A program made the position numbers and the translations under genes. The notes under the pieces are model-generated. The model did not search any database. It worked only from the letters and a program-made list of their open reading frames with translations, and was not told the origin of the DNA. This document shows, piece by piece, positions 9,105 to 16,440 of a stretch of 64,000 nt of DNA. Source of the DNA: Candidatus Saccharimonadales bacterium. Lineage in GTDB: Bacteria > Patescibacteriota > Saccharimonadia > Saccharimonadales > DATKHC01. The first letter of the stretch is position 1. The number at the start of each line of letters is the position of its first letter. Location: the NCBI GenBank assembly GCA_038317055.1, contig JBBQBA010000001.1, positions 344,153 through 408,152 on the forward strand, written 5' to 3'.

Positions 9105-9902
9105 ATGGGTTTTAACCTAGATTTATCGTACAATACGCTTATGGAAGAACATCAAACCGATAATCCAGCACAAATAGGAACAGTGATTCAACCTACGACT
9201 GAAGTAATTGTTCCAATAGGTGAAGCTGTTCCTCGAACTGAAGTTTCCCCCATAGAACTCGTCCCGGTACCACCTGCTAATGTAACACCAGAAGTTCCTG
9301 TGCCCGAACAACCTATTCCACCGGCGCAGCCAGTGGAACCTATGCCTAGTCCAGTTATTATTCCTGAGCCTACCCCTCCACCTGAAGCTCCAATAGCAGA
9401 TCCATCATCTATTTTGCCAAATGCTGAGCCCGATCAACTTCCAACTAATAGCCTCACATGGTCCGCTAATGAGTTTGTTGAACACAAGAAGTCTGCTAGT
9501 TGGTTTGTTATCTTAATATTAGTTCTGGCGATTGTATCAGTTGGTATATATTTTCTTTCTCACAGCATATATCCTCCGGTTATGATTATGCTGATAGGTA
9601 TAGTTTTTGCAGTAATTGCAGCACGGTCTCCAAAGTTAGTTAATTTCGAAATAAATAATACTGGGTTTTTTATTGGTAAAAGATTCTACAGTTACAACGG
9701 ATTTAAGTCATTCTCAATTGTTGACGAAGATCATATGGGGTCAATAGTTTTTAATCCATTTAAACGCTTTGCTTATCCTAGTACAATATTGTACGAACTT
9801 GAAGATGAAGACAAAGTTCTTACGCTACTAACTCAAAATTTACCCGTAGAAGAACCACCAAAAGACATAGTCGACCAACTTATGCGAAAACTACACTTCT
9901 AA
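9105..9902 (+). CDS. hypothetical membrane protein with a Pro-rich N-terminus
   Basis: 265 aa with a P/E/V-rich first ~115 aa, two TM helices and a small C-terminal domain. I recognise no family. Confidence 0.5.
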   Translation: MGFNLDLSYNTLMEEHQTDNPAQIGTVIQPTTEVIVPIGEAVPRTEVSPIELVPVPPANVTPEVPVPEQPIPPAQPVEPMPSPVIIPEPTPPPEAPIADPSSILPNAEPDQLPTNSLTWSANEFVEHKKSASWFVILILVLAIVSVGIYFLSHSIYPPVMIMLIGIVFAVIAARSPKLVNFEINNTGFFIGKRFYSYNGFKSFSIVDEDHMGSIVFNPFKRFAYPSTILYELEDEDKVLTLLTQNLPVEEPPKDIVDQLMRKLHF

Positions 9903-9964
9903 AACATTAGTAAAATAATCCCACGTCTGTTAAAATTTTGTATTGCTAACCTTTGAATTAATAT

Positions 9965-10041
9965 GCACCCGTAGTTCAGCTGGATAGAATGTCGGCTTGC
10001 GGAGCCGAAGGTCGTAGGTTCGAATCCTGCCGGGTGCACCA
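9965..10041 (+). tRNA. tRNA-Arg (anticodon GCG), CCA encoded
   Basis: GCACCCGTAGTTCAGCTGGATAGAATGTCGGCTTGCGGAGCCGAAGGTCGTAGGTTCGAATCCTGCCGGGTGCACCA. Hand-folded cloverleaf: acceptor GCACCCG/CGGGTGC, anticodon stem TCGGC/GCCGA, loop TTGCGGA. Confidence 0.85.
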
Positions 10042-10065
10042 TACTGATTATGCTATGATTATTCC

Positions 10066-10398
10066 ATGCTTAGATATTCCAGAAAACACCTAAAAGCATC
10101 AATCCTATTAGTGGTTGGAATATTAATACCAGTACTCAATTTGATACAGTCATCCAGTACAAACGCATTAACGTATTGCAATAGTAGTAAAAACACAGTC
10201 ACAGAAAACGTACTTTATTATTTGTTTATAGCTTGGCCATTTTTAATTTTCTTCGGAACTTATTATTTATTAGAAAAGATAAAGAGAAAATGGCTTCGGA
10301 TTATCACGAGTCTTCTTGCAGTTGTAATAGTTGCTACTTTGTGGCTTATCATCGCCTCCTATATAGGGCTAGGCAAATGCGGTGTTGGCGGGTATTAA
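10066..10398 (+). CDS. small hypothetical membrane protein (array unit 1)
   Basis: 110 aa with about 3 TM helices. It starts 24 nt after the tRNA, and its TAA stop abuts repeat R1. Confidence 0.5.
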   Translation: MLRYSRKHLKASILLVVGILIPVLNLIQSSSTNALTYCNSSKNTVTENVLYYLFIAWPFLIFFGTYYLLEKIKRKWLRIITSLLAVVIVATLWLIIASYIGLGKCGVGGY

Positions 10399-10465
10399 TC
10401 TAGCTCGAACCAGGCCTATATTTAAACAATTTGGTTCGAACCTCAGCCAGCGTGGTGCACCAAAC
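10399..10465 (+). repeat. array repeat R1 (split copy; the second half resembles the tRNA-Arg 3' end)
   Basis: TCTAGCTCGAACCAGGCC (10399-10416), then a 14-nt insert, then TTGGTTCGAACCTCAGCCAGCGTGGTGCACCAAAC (10431-10465). Compare the tRNA 3' end GGTTCGAATCCTGCCGGGTGCACCATAC. Confidence 0.7.
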
Positions 10466-10510
10466 TGGCTATGTATGTAATACATGTGCCTTAATATATA
10501 ATGTTTACAT

Positions 10511-10948
10511 ATGGATAATGATCAAAATCAAAACCTACAAAAGCATGAAGGTACTACTCAACAATCTACTCAACCTTATTCTGAAAACCCACAAAATAAT
10601 GCCCTACCTGCCAGTAACTACGAACAGTCACAATTTCAACCATCCAATCCTCTCAACAATTCAAAACCAAACCCAATAAAAGGTATTTTATGGATTTTAT
10701 CCCCATTTATACTATTGATTGTAATAGCTGTCCTACAAATAATTGTCCATTTTGTATTATCTACTACTGTTCCATCTCCCTCCTTGACTGATACAGGAAG
10801 TTCTACTCTAAACTCATCAACAGGAAGTACGGTTAGCTCAACAATAGTTTGGATAATAGATATAATTAGTATTTTAGCTGGAATGTTAGCAATCATACTT
10901 TTCCCTGTCGGACTAATTAAAGGGATAAAATCATTAACTAAAAAGTAA
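10511..10948 (+). CDS. hypothetical Q/N-rich membrane protein (array unit 2) sharing the QIIVHFVL helix segment with pilin paralogs 5 and 6
   Basis: 145 aa with a polar N-terminus and two TM helices. Bases 10735-10760 match 6156-6180 at 23 of 25 positions. The TAA stop abuts repeat R2. Confidence 0.55.
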   Translation: MDNDQNQNLQKHEGTTQQSTQPYSENPQNNALPASNYEQSQFQPSNPLNNSKPNPIKGILWILSPFILLIVIAVLQIIVHFVLSTTVPSPSLTDTGSSTLNSSTGSTVSSTIVWIIDIISILAGMLAIILFPVGLIKGIKSLTKK

Positions 10949-10982
10949 TCTAGTCTGAACTACGTCCAAGGTGCCGCACCAT
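10949..10982 (+). repeat. array repeat R2
   Basis: TCTAGTCTGAACTACGTCCAAGGTGCCGCACCAT; 33 of 34 positions identical to R4. Confidence 0.85.
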
Positions 10983-11017
10983 TAAGCTTATGATTAACTT
11001 AGATGTAGAATGGGCTT

Positions 11018-11359
11018 GTGAAGCCAAACACAGAATCAATTTACTTTAAGCTGTCTATACTTTTTTTATTAGCTTTCTTAGTGCACCTATTTATACTAGG
11101 CAGTTATATACGGCATTACGTATCTAGCAGTGACTCAACGATGCATAACTACAGCCCTATATTAATGTTTTTGCCTGTTATATGGGTTAGCTTAAGTGGT
11201 TTATGTTATTACATGTCTACACAAAATAAACAAACGCCTATTAGGTTGCTTATAGCCTTTACGCTTAGTCCAATAATTACAGCACCTATTCTGGGGATAA
11301 TTTATACAATAATCGTATTACTACCTCTCTACAACCTAATAAATAAAAGTGGATTTTAA
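11018..11359 (+). CDS. small hypothetical membrane protein (array unit 3)
   Basis: 113 aa with a GTG start and about 3 TM helices. Its stop lies inside the 20-nt perfect palindrome TTTTAACTGGCCAGTTAAAA (11354-11373). Confidence 0.5.
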   Translation: MKPNTESIYFKLSILFLLAFLVHLFILGSYIRHYVSSSDSTMHNYSPILMFLPVIWVSLSGLCYYMSTQNKQTPIRLLIAFTLSPIITAPILGIIYTIIVLLPLYNLINKSGF

Positions 11360-11371
11360 CTGGCCAGTTAA

Positions 11372-11405
11372 AATAGTCCGAACCACGCCCAAGGTGCCGC
11401 ACCAT
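11372..11405 (+). repeat. array repeat R3
   Basis: AATAGTCCGAACCACGCCCAAGGTGCCGCACCAT; 30 of 34 positions identical to R4. Confidence 0.85.
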
Positions 11406-11450
11406 TTCCCTTTTGCTTGCAATAATTATAGATAGTTTTAGTATTTAATT

Positions 11451-11738
11451 ATGTCACCAGAACAATCCAGCACCAGTGATGCTCCAGAACAAGATGTTAA
11501 AACTAAACGTACGAAAAGACTAGCAGTATTCATTATGAGTGATGGATCTCCTTCTTTTAGTGAATGGCAAAATCATAATGAACCTGTCGAAGAGTTTATA
11601 AATAGAATGTCACTAGAAGTTTCGAGAGGTGGTGGATTCGTCTCTTGTAGGGGTGTTGAACTTCATGAAATTAGCTCAGATCCTGAAACTACGGAATTAA
11701 TTCGACTGACTGCCCAAAATCATAGGGTATTGGAATAA
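11451..11738 (+). CDS. small hypothetical soluble protein (array unit 4)
   Basis: 95 aa with no TM helix and no recognisable family. The stop is followed 1 nt later by R4. Confidence 0.5.
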   Translation: MSPEQSSTSDAPEQDVKTKRTKRLAVFIMSDGSPSFSEWQNHNEPVEEFINRMSLEVSRGGGFVSCRGVELHEISSDPETTELIRLTAQNHRVLE

Positions 11739-11739
11739 T

Positions 11740-11773
11740 TCTAGTCCGAACTACGTCCAAGGTGCCGCACCAT
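11740..11773 (+). repeat. array repeat R4 (used as the reference copy)
   Basis: TCTAGTCCGAACTACGTCCAAGGTGCCGCACCAT. Confidence 0.85.
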
Positions 11774-11838
11774 ACATTTTGTATCTGTTAATTAGTATTA
11801 GTCACTTTAGACATTCAAATTTTTGTTATTATTAAGTT

Positions 11839-12402
11839 ATGTACTATTCTGAGTTACCTGGCGAAACCTTATTGATTCCATACGAAATTTCTGTAGCAAC
11901 ACCCGAAGATGCTTTAGGGATTTGTGAAGTACGCAAAATTGCATGGCTTAACTCTTATGAGCATGAGGATCCAGATCCTCTAAGAGTCATTACAATAGCT
12001 GATCTACAATCAAAAGACTACGACTCAGAAATAATAGTTAATTATTATAAAAGACAGGCATTAAATACTGAAGAACAGCAAATATTAGTTGCCAAAGATG
12101 CTGATAAAGTTATAGGTACAATTATAGGTAGGAGAAAAGAAGGGTTTAACACTTTTGTAACTTTCTTTGTGCTTCCGGAATATCAAGGTAAAGGAATTGG
12201 GACTCAATTACTTGATCGTACTTTATCGTGGTTTGGTAATAATAATCCCGTAAAAATAACTGTAGTCGATTATAATACCGATTCCATAGAGAAATATAAA
12301 CACTGGGGGTTTCATATAACAAGCGAACCAGAGTTACATGATACTGGGATAACGCCAAGCGGCAAGCATATATATGAAATTGAAATGACCAAAGATACTT
12401 AA
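11839..12402 (+). CDS. GNAT-family N-acetyltransferase (array unit 5)
   Basis: 187 aa. The acetyl-CoA binding motif region is VLPEYQGKGIGTQLLDRTLSW (the Q/R-x-x-G-x-G/A pattern). Confidence 0.75.
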   Translation: MYYSELPGETLLIPYEISVATPEDALGICEVRKIAWLNSYEHEDPDPLRVITIADLQSKDYDSEIIVNYYKRQALNTEEQQILVAKDADKVIGTIIGRRKEGFNTFVTFFVLPEYQGKGIGTQLLDRTLSWFGNNNPVKITVVDYNTDSIEKYKHWGFHITSEPELHDTGITPSGKHIYEIEMTKDT

Positions 12403-12428
12403 CTTTTTTGGAGTTGAATTATGAATAA

Positions 12429-12462
12429 TCAAGTCCGAACCTCGTATAGTACGCCACACCAT
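12429..12462 (+). repeat. array repeat R5 (most diverged full-length copy)
   Basis: TCAAGTCCGAACCTCGTATAGTACGCCACACCAT; 23 of 34 positions match R4 in an ungapped alignment. Confidence 0.6.
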
Positions 12463-12475
12463 GCCAGTTATGCTT

Positions 12476-12502
12476 AAATGACTTCCCCTTGAAGTCATTT
12501 TT
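12476..12502 (+). terminator. rho-independent terminator after array unit 5
   Basis: AAATGACTTC-CCCTT-GAAGTCATTT followed by TT; a perfect 10-bp stem running into a T-run. Confidence 0.7.
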
Positions 12503-12522
12503 ATTAATGGTATAGTTACTTT

Positions 12523-12750
12523 ATGAAAAATAATACAAAAAATAATCCCATATGGTTTAAATATAATGGACTTTTAGGTAAGGGCTTTAGGCCTATAAGT
12601 CGACAAGGGTGGTATGTTACTGTCAGTTTTATTTTGTTATTAAGTATAGACTTATATCTCGCTACTTTCTTAAATGTAATATTAGTTTTAGGTATAGCTA
12701 TTGTATTAGCGATAACCTTATATGTAATTATGTTAAAAACAAGCGAATAA
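12523..12750 (+). CDS. small hypothetical membrane protein (array unit 6)
   Basis: 75 aa with two TM helices. The TAA stop abuts R6. Confidence 0.5.
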   Translation: MKNNTKNNPIWFKYNGLLGKGFRPISRQGWYVTVSFILLLSIDLYLATFLNVILVLGIAIVLAITLYVIMLKTSE

Positions 12751-12784
12751 CCTTGGCCGAATTACGTCCAAGGTGCTGAACCAT
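12751..12784 (+). repeat. array repeat R6 (last copy)
   Basis: CCTTGGCCGAATTACGTCCAAGGTGCTGAACCAT; 28 of 34 positions identical to R4. Confidence 0.8.
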
Positions 12785-12817
12785 GTAACTAAGCTTATAA
12801 AAGTTAAATAATTTATT

Positions 12818-13279
12818 TTAGTTAGTTCTAGTATGGTCCAAAACTTCTCTGGCTTGGTCAAGAGATTGTCGTAATGCAATAAATGGGCTAGGTTTATCGA
12901 ATTGTTCTTTAACTCCCGATACGTCACCGTACTTATATTCTACAGTTACACTCTCTATGTCTGATGTATTACCAACACCAGGTATCTCTAAGGGTGCTCC
13001 TATGGTTATGTCTGGGAATTCATCAGGTGCTTCAAAAGGTTGTCTAGTACCAGCATTTATAACTATTCCCCGTCCCATTCCATAAGTATTTCCTGACTTT
13101 GTTTTAATAATAGCTAGATCATGGTTTCCTATGTGACTCAGGTACTTATTTTTAGCATCATAGCCTGTTACTAGTACATCACCGGGCTGGTTCCATCTAA
13201 TAGCTGTCCCGCCATCATTGAACCCAATAATTTCTTCATGAGTTATTTGTTCGTGAGATTGTGCTTGTTCGTGTGACAT
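12818..13279 (-). CDS. hypothetical protein
   Basis: The ORF track gives 12818-13354. I prefer the internal ATG at 13279 (MSHEQAQSHEQ...) because AAGGA lies about 7 nt upstream. I recognise no family. Confidence 0.5.
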   Translation of the reverse strand: MSHEQAQSHEQITHEEIIGFNDGGTAIRWNQPGDVLVTGYDAKNKYLSHIGNHDLAIIKTKSGNTYGMGRGIVINAGTRQPFEAPDEFPDITIGAPLEIPGVGNTSDIESVTVEYKYGDVSGVKEQFDKPSPFIALRQSLDQAREVLDHTRTN

Positions 13280-13533
13280 TACTTTTCCTTTATTAATTTT
13301 TGTGTTTATCCGTAACAATAGTGTTATATAAGCATAAGCTTGACCGATTGTCAATATACTATCAATACATATAACATCTCATATAAAGATTATGTATAGA
13401 ATCTACGGATTGTTAAATAACTAACATACGTACCTAAACAATCTATATATAATAATCAATTCTGATAAAGCAGTAGCATTATTGGGAGTACTCTTTAAGT
13501 TTCAATAATATTTAATAAGTTGGGAGAATTTAT

Positions 13534-14580
13534 ATGATAAGAACAATAACTCGTTTGAGTGTTCAAAGTGTAACAATAGCTACAGCCGCATGTTTAGGCT
13601 TAAGTGGTGCAGCCTCAGCGGCCAGTATTAGTAACACAGGACCAGAATCAACTAATATAATCAGTAGTTCTAACGGTAGTGGATCAGGAAGTTGGAGTAG
13701 CTCTTGGTCAGATAATTCCGGCAATCATATGAAAAATAATGGATCATGGAATGATTGGGATCCATCAACATGTATGGCTCAAGGCCAAACTTTCAGTAGT
13801 TGGTGGAGTGGCATGATGGGCCATATGGGTAGATATAGTGGTATGCAATGGATGCATGCAAAAAACAGTAGTTGGATGCCAAGTGGCAATAACTGGCAAT
13901 CATCGTGGTCAAACTGGAATCCATCAACTTGGCAAAGCAATGGCCAAAGTTATGGTAATTGGTATGGTCAGATGCTTGGCTTTATGACTTCTCATCACAA
14001 TAATTGGATGAATAATTGGGTAAGTCATCCAAATGTATCATCAAGTGTTGAAAGTAGCACTGGTAACTCAGGTGCGGCTACTATAAGTAATACTGGACCA
14101 GAGTCAACAAATGTTATTGAATCAAGTTCAGGCAATAGCTTTAGGAGTACAAATAATAATAACGTGAATGTTAACAGTTCTAGTAACCAGACAGCACGCA
14201 CAGGCAACGCTAACGTCACCGAAAATACTTGGGGTGGTTCAGCTGTTTCAGGAAATGCTAGCAACCAGAGCAGTTCACAAACAGATGTTCAAGTTACAAA
14301 TAATAGTAATAAGAATAATGATGTTTCAAGTAACTCCGGTGCGGGTGGTGGAAGTATTAGTAACACCGGCCCTGGTTCTTCAAATGAGATAAGCTCGTCA
14401 TCATGGAACAGTCATAGTTCAACTAATAACAACAATATAAATAGCTCAACCAGCAATACACAATCGGCAAGTACAGGTAATGCAAGTGTAAGCGAAAATA
14501 CGACTGGCGGTAGTGCTAGGAGTGGTTCAGCTATGAACTCAAGTGAAATTTCTTTGAAGGTTGGTATTACAAATAATTAA
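13534..14580 (+). CDS. secreted Ser/Asn-rich repeat protein with three ISNTGP modules and a Trp/Met/His-rich insert
   Basis: 348 aa with a signal peptide ending ASAAS. It has three modules starting ISNTGPESTN, ISNTGPESTN and ISNTGPGSSN. Modules 2 and 3 continue ...NNNN-N-SS-Q-A-TGNA-V-ENT-GGSA-SG-A-N. A GGGAGA RBS lies upstream. Confidence 0.65.
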   Translation: MIRTITRLSVQSVTIATAACLGLSGAASAASISNTGPESTNIISSSNGSGSGSWSSSWSDNSGNHMKNNGSWNDWDPSTCMAQGQTFSSWWSGMMGHMGRYSGMQWMHAKNSSWMPSGNNWQSSWSNWNPSTWQSNGQSYGNWYGQMLGFMTSHHNNWMNNWVSHPNVSSSVESSTGNSGAATISNTGPESTNVIESSSGNSFRSTNNNNVNVNSSSNQTARTGNANVTENTWGGSAVSGNASNQSSSQTDVQVTNNSNKNNDVSSNSGAGGGSISNTGPGSSNEISSSSWNSHSSTNNNNINSSTSNTQSASTGNASVSENTTGGSARSGSAMNSSEISLKVGITNN

Positions 14581-14602
14581 CATAATATAAGTAAGAAGAT
14601 TT

Positions 14603-14630
14603 AAAAGGAGAGTTGGTCACTCTCCTTTTT
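14603..14630 (+). terminator. rho-independent terminator
   Basis: AAAAGGAGAGT-TGGTC-ACTCTCCTTTTT. Confidence 0.8.
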
Positions 14631-14757
14631 CTATTTTGTAACAAATACCGTTTAATTAATAATTATCATGGAAACAACTAACAAAAACTAACTGATTAAG
14701 CTTATTGACACACCCCAATATATTAGTTAGTATCATTTTGTAATCAAAAAATAAAAA

Positions 14758-15486
14758 ATGCGAAACTTTTTACTACTAAAAATCCGTCTCAGCGTGTACT
14801 TCTGGATCTTATTGTCTACCTTTATTGTTTTAGCACTAATTATTCCACGGCAAAAATTTAGTGCAGGCGCTTTAGCATTATTCTCAGTTAACTCTTTCTT
14901 ATATGGATTCTATATAGCTCCTATTCTCTCTTCTCAAAAAGCAAGAGTGGAAGAATTACATAAAATAGTAAGATCGGAATCTAATTCTATCTTTGCAATG
15001 GCACTTAGTCTTAAGCCCTTACCCGATCGACTAAGAAATAATATTCAAGATATGCTGACCCACTACCTAAAAGTTTTAACCCAGGAAAAGAAGGTTAATG
15101 GTGGTCAGAAAGAATATGAAGATATAATTACATACTGTATTGAATATAAGGGACCAGAAAAAGAAAGTATTATGAAATTTCTAGATAAAATAGTAGCAAA
15201 CGAACAAAATCGTACCAATTTATCTATGCAGATGCAAACAGCGGTTTATAGCAATGAATGGAGCATTATCTTTGTATTGTTTAGTATTACTATTGGATTT
15301 GTTATCTCGATGGATGCTGGATCTAAGATGACCTATAGGCTTCTAGCAGCCTTACTTTGTGCGGGCCTATCTATGTTACTCGTTAACTTAATTAAATTAT
15401 CAACATTAACTCATAAGCGCGCTAGAGGAATCTGGAAACCCTATATTAAGCTCATCGACAGTCATTTCTATAGAATAGAGTCATAA
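14758..15486 (+). CDS. membrane protein, bestrophin-like/DUF4239-like (tentative)
   Basis: 242 aa with two N-terminal and two C-terminal TM helices around a helical soluble segment. Its stop overlaps the next start (TAATG). Confidence 0.45.
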   Translation: MRNFLLLKIRLSVYFWILLSTFIVLALIIPRQKFSAGALALFSVNSFLYGFYIAPILSSQKARVEELHKIVRSESNSIFAMALSLKPLPDRLRNNIQDMLTHYLKVLTQEKKVNGGQKEYEDIITYCIEYKGPEKESIMKFLDKIVANEQNRTNLSMQMQTAVYSNEWSIIFVLFSITIGFVISMDAGSKMTYRLLAALLCAGLSMLLVNLIKLSTLTHKRARGIWKPYIKLIDSHFYRIES

Positions 15487-15929
15487 TGAAAATTCTTTTT
15501 GTATGTAGGGCTAATTCTGGCAGAAGCCAGATAGCAATGGAATTATACAATCGAATATTTCCTGGTGAGGCAGAATCGGCTGGTACCCAAGTGGATACGC
15601 CTGGCCAGATGATAATGTATCGAAAAACAGCAGCTTCAGCGATCTCTTCCATGAAAGAAATTGGCATTGATATGTCTGAAAATCGACGTAGACAATTACA
15701 GCCGGAAGAACTTAATAACTATGACCATGTAATCGTCTTAGCAGAAACCAAATCAATTCCCGCCTATCTTAATACTTGGCCTGGTGCCGAAATGTGGCAT
15801 ATAGAAGACACCAAGAATATTGGCCTGGATAAAGCAATTGAAGTAAGAAAGAACCTTGAGCTCAGAGTTAAAGACTTAGCCGAGAGGCTTCACGGTAGTC
15901 CTACTGTGCAAAATCCTATTAAATCCTAG
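15486..15929 (+). CDS. low-molecular-weight phosphotyrosine phosphatase / ArsC-type arsenate reductase family protein
   Basis: 147 aa. N-terminal P-loop MKILFVCRANSGRSQIAME (C-x5-R-S). Confidence 0.75.
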   Translation: MKILFVCRANSGRSQIAMELYNRIFPGEAESAGTQVDTPGQMIMYRKTAASAISSMKEIGIDMSENRRRQLQPEELNNYDHVIVLAETKSIPAYLNTWPGAEMWHIEDTKNIGLDKAIEVRKNLELRVKDLAERLHGSPTVQNPIKS

Positions 15930-16359
15930 CAGGCTCTGTAGGAAAACCCTTCGCTATTCCCTTAATAATTGCTTCTTGTAGTTGGATAGTACGAAATGGA
16001 ATCTCTGAGAATTTTTTTTGTTCAACCCAAACTGGCTCATGTGTAGATAATTCCAATTTATTCATTAAAGCTTCTTCGGAGTCTGCTTGAAGTGATATTA
16101 GATCATAAGGTGCCACTTCACAGAGATAAATGTATTGTTCGTTATATGGTGAAGTATGTTCTTCAACAAACATGAGTTTAAACTTAGTTACATTTAGCCC
16201 GGTTTCCTCCTTAACCTCACGGACCAGCGCATCTTCAGTTGATTCATCTTCATTAACTCTGCCACCAATAAGAGTAAAGTACTTTGTACCGTACTTGTTT
16301 CGATGCATAAGAAGCAAACGACCACTTTCTATAATTATTGCTCTTGCTGCTTTTGCCAT
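15919..16359 (-). CDS. NUDIX hydrolase
   Basis: 146 aa. Nudix box GGRVNEDESTEDALVREVKEETGL. Confidence 0.85.
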   Translation of the reverse strand: MAKAARAIIIESGRLLLMHRNKYGTKYFTLIGGRVNEDESTEDALVREVKEETGLNVTKFKLMFVEEHTSPYNEQYIYLCEVAPYDLISLQADSEEALMNKLELSTHEPVWVEQKKFSEIPFRTIQLQEAIIKGIAKGFPTEPARI

Positions 16360-16440
16360 ACGAATTAGTATACATAGTTCTATATAACGATAGACAAAAA
16401 CTTTAGCATATTCACGTTAGCTTACTGCTATGATGAAATA

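Noticed and set aside
10431-10679. 82-aa plus-strand ORF spanning repeat R1 and the start of array unit 2
   Set aside because: It reads through the repeat and overlaps the better-supported 10511-10948 ORF in another frame. The translation is low-complexity.
9965-12784. Classical integron (attC sites plus IntI)
   Set aside because: The 34-nt repeats lack the RYYYAAC / GTTRRRY core sites and the extended imperfect palindrome of attC. No integrase gene or attI-like region is present in the window. The array is reported as integron-like in architecture only.
10399-12784. CRISPR array
   Set aside because: The repeats are separated by 290-650 bp, each interval holds a full ORF, and the repeat copies are diverged (23-33 of 34 identical). 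No cas genes are present.
10949-12784. Repeats as additional tRNA genes or pseudo-tRNAs
   Set aside because: I tried to fold the flanks into cloverleaves. There is no D-arm or anticodon arm, and even the T-stem pairing is lost in R1-R6. They are at most 3'-end-derived fragments.
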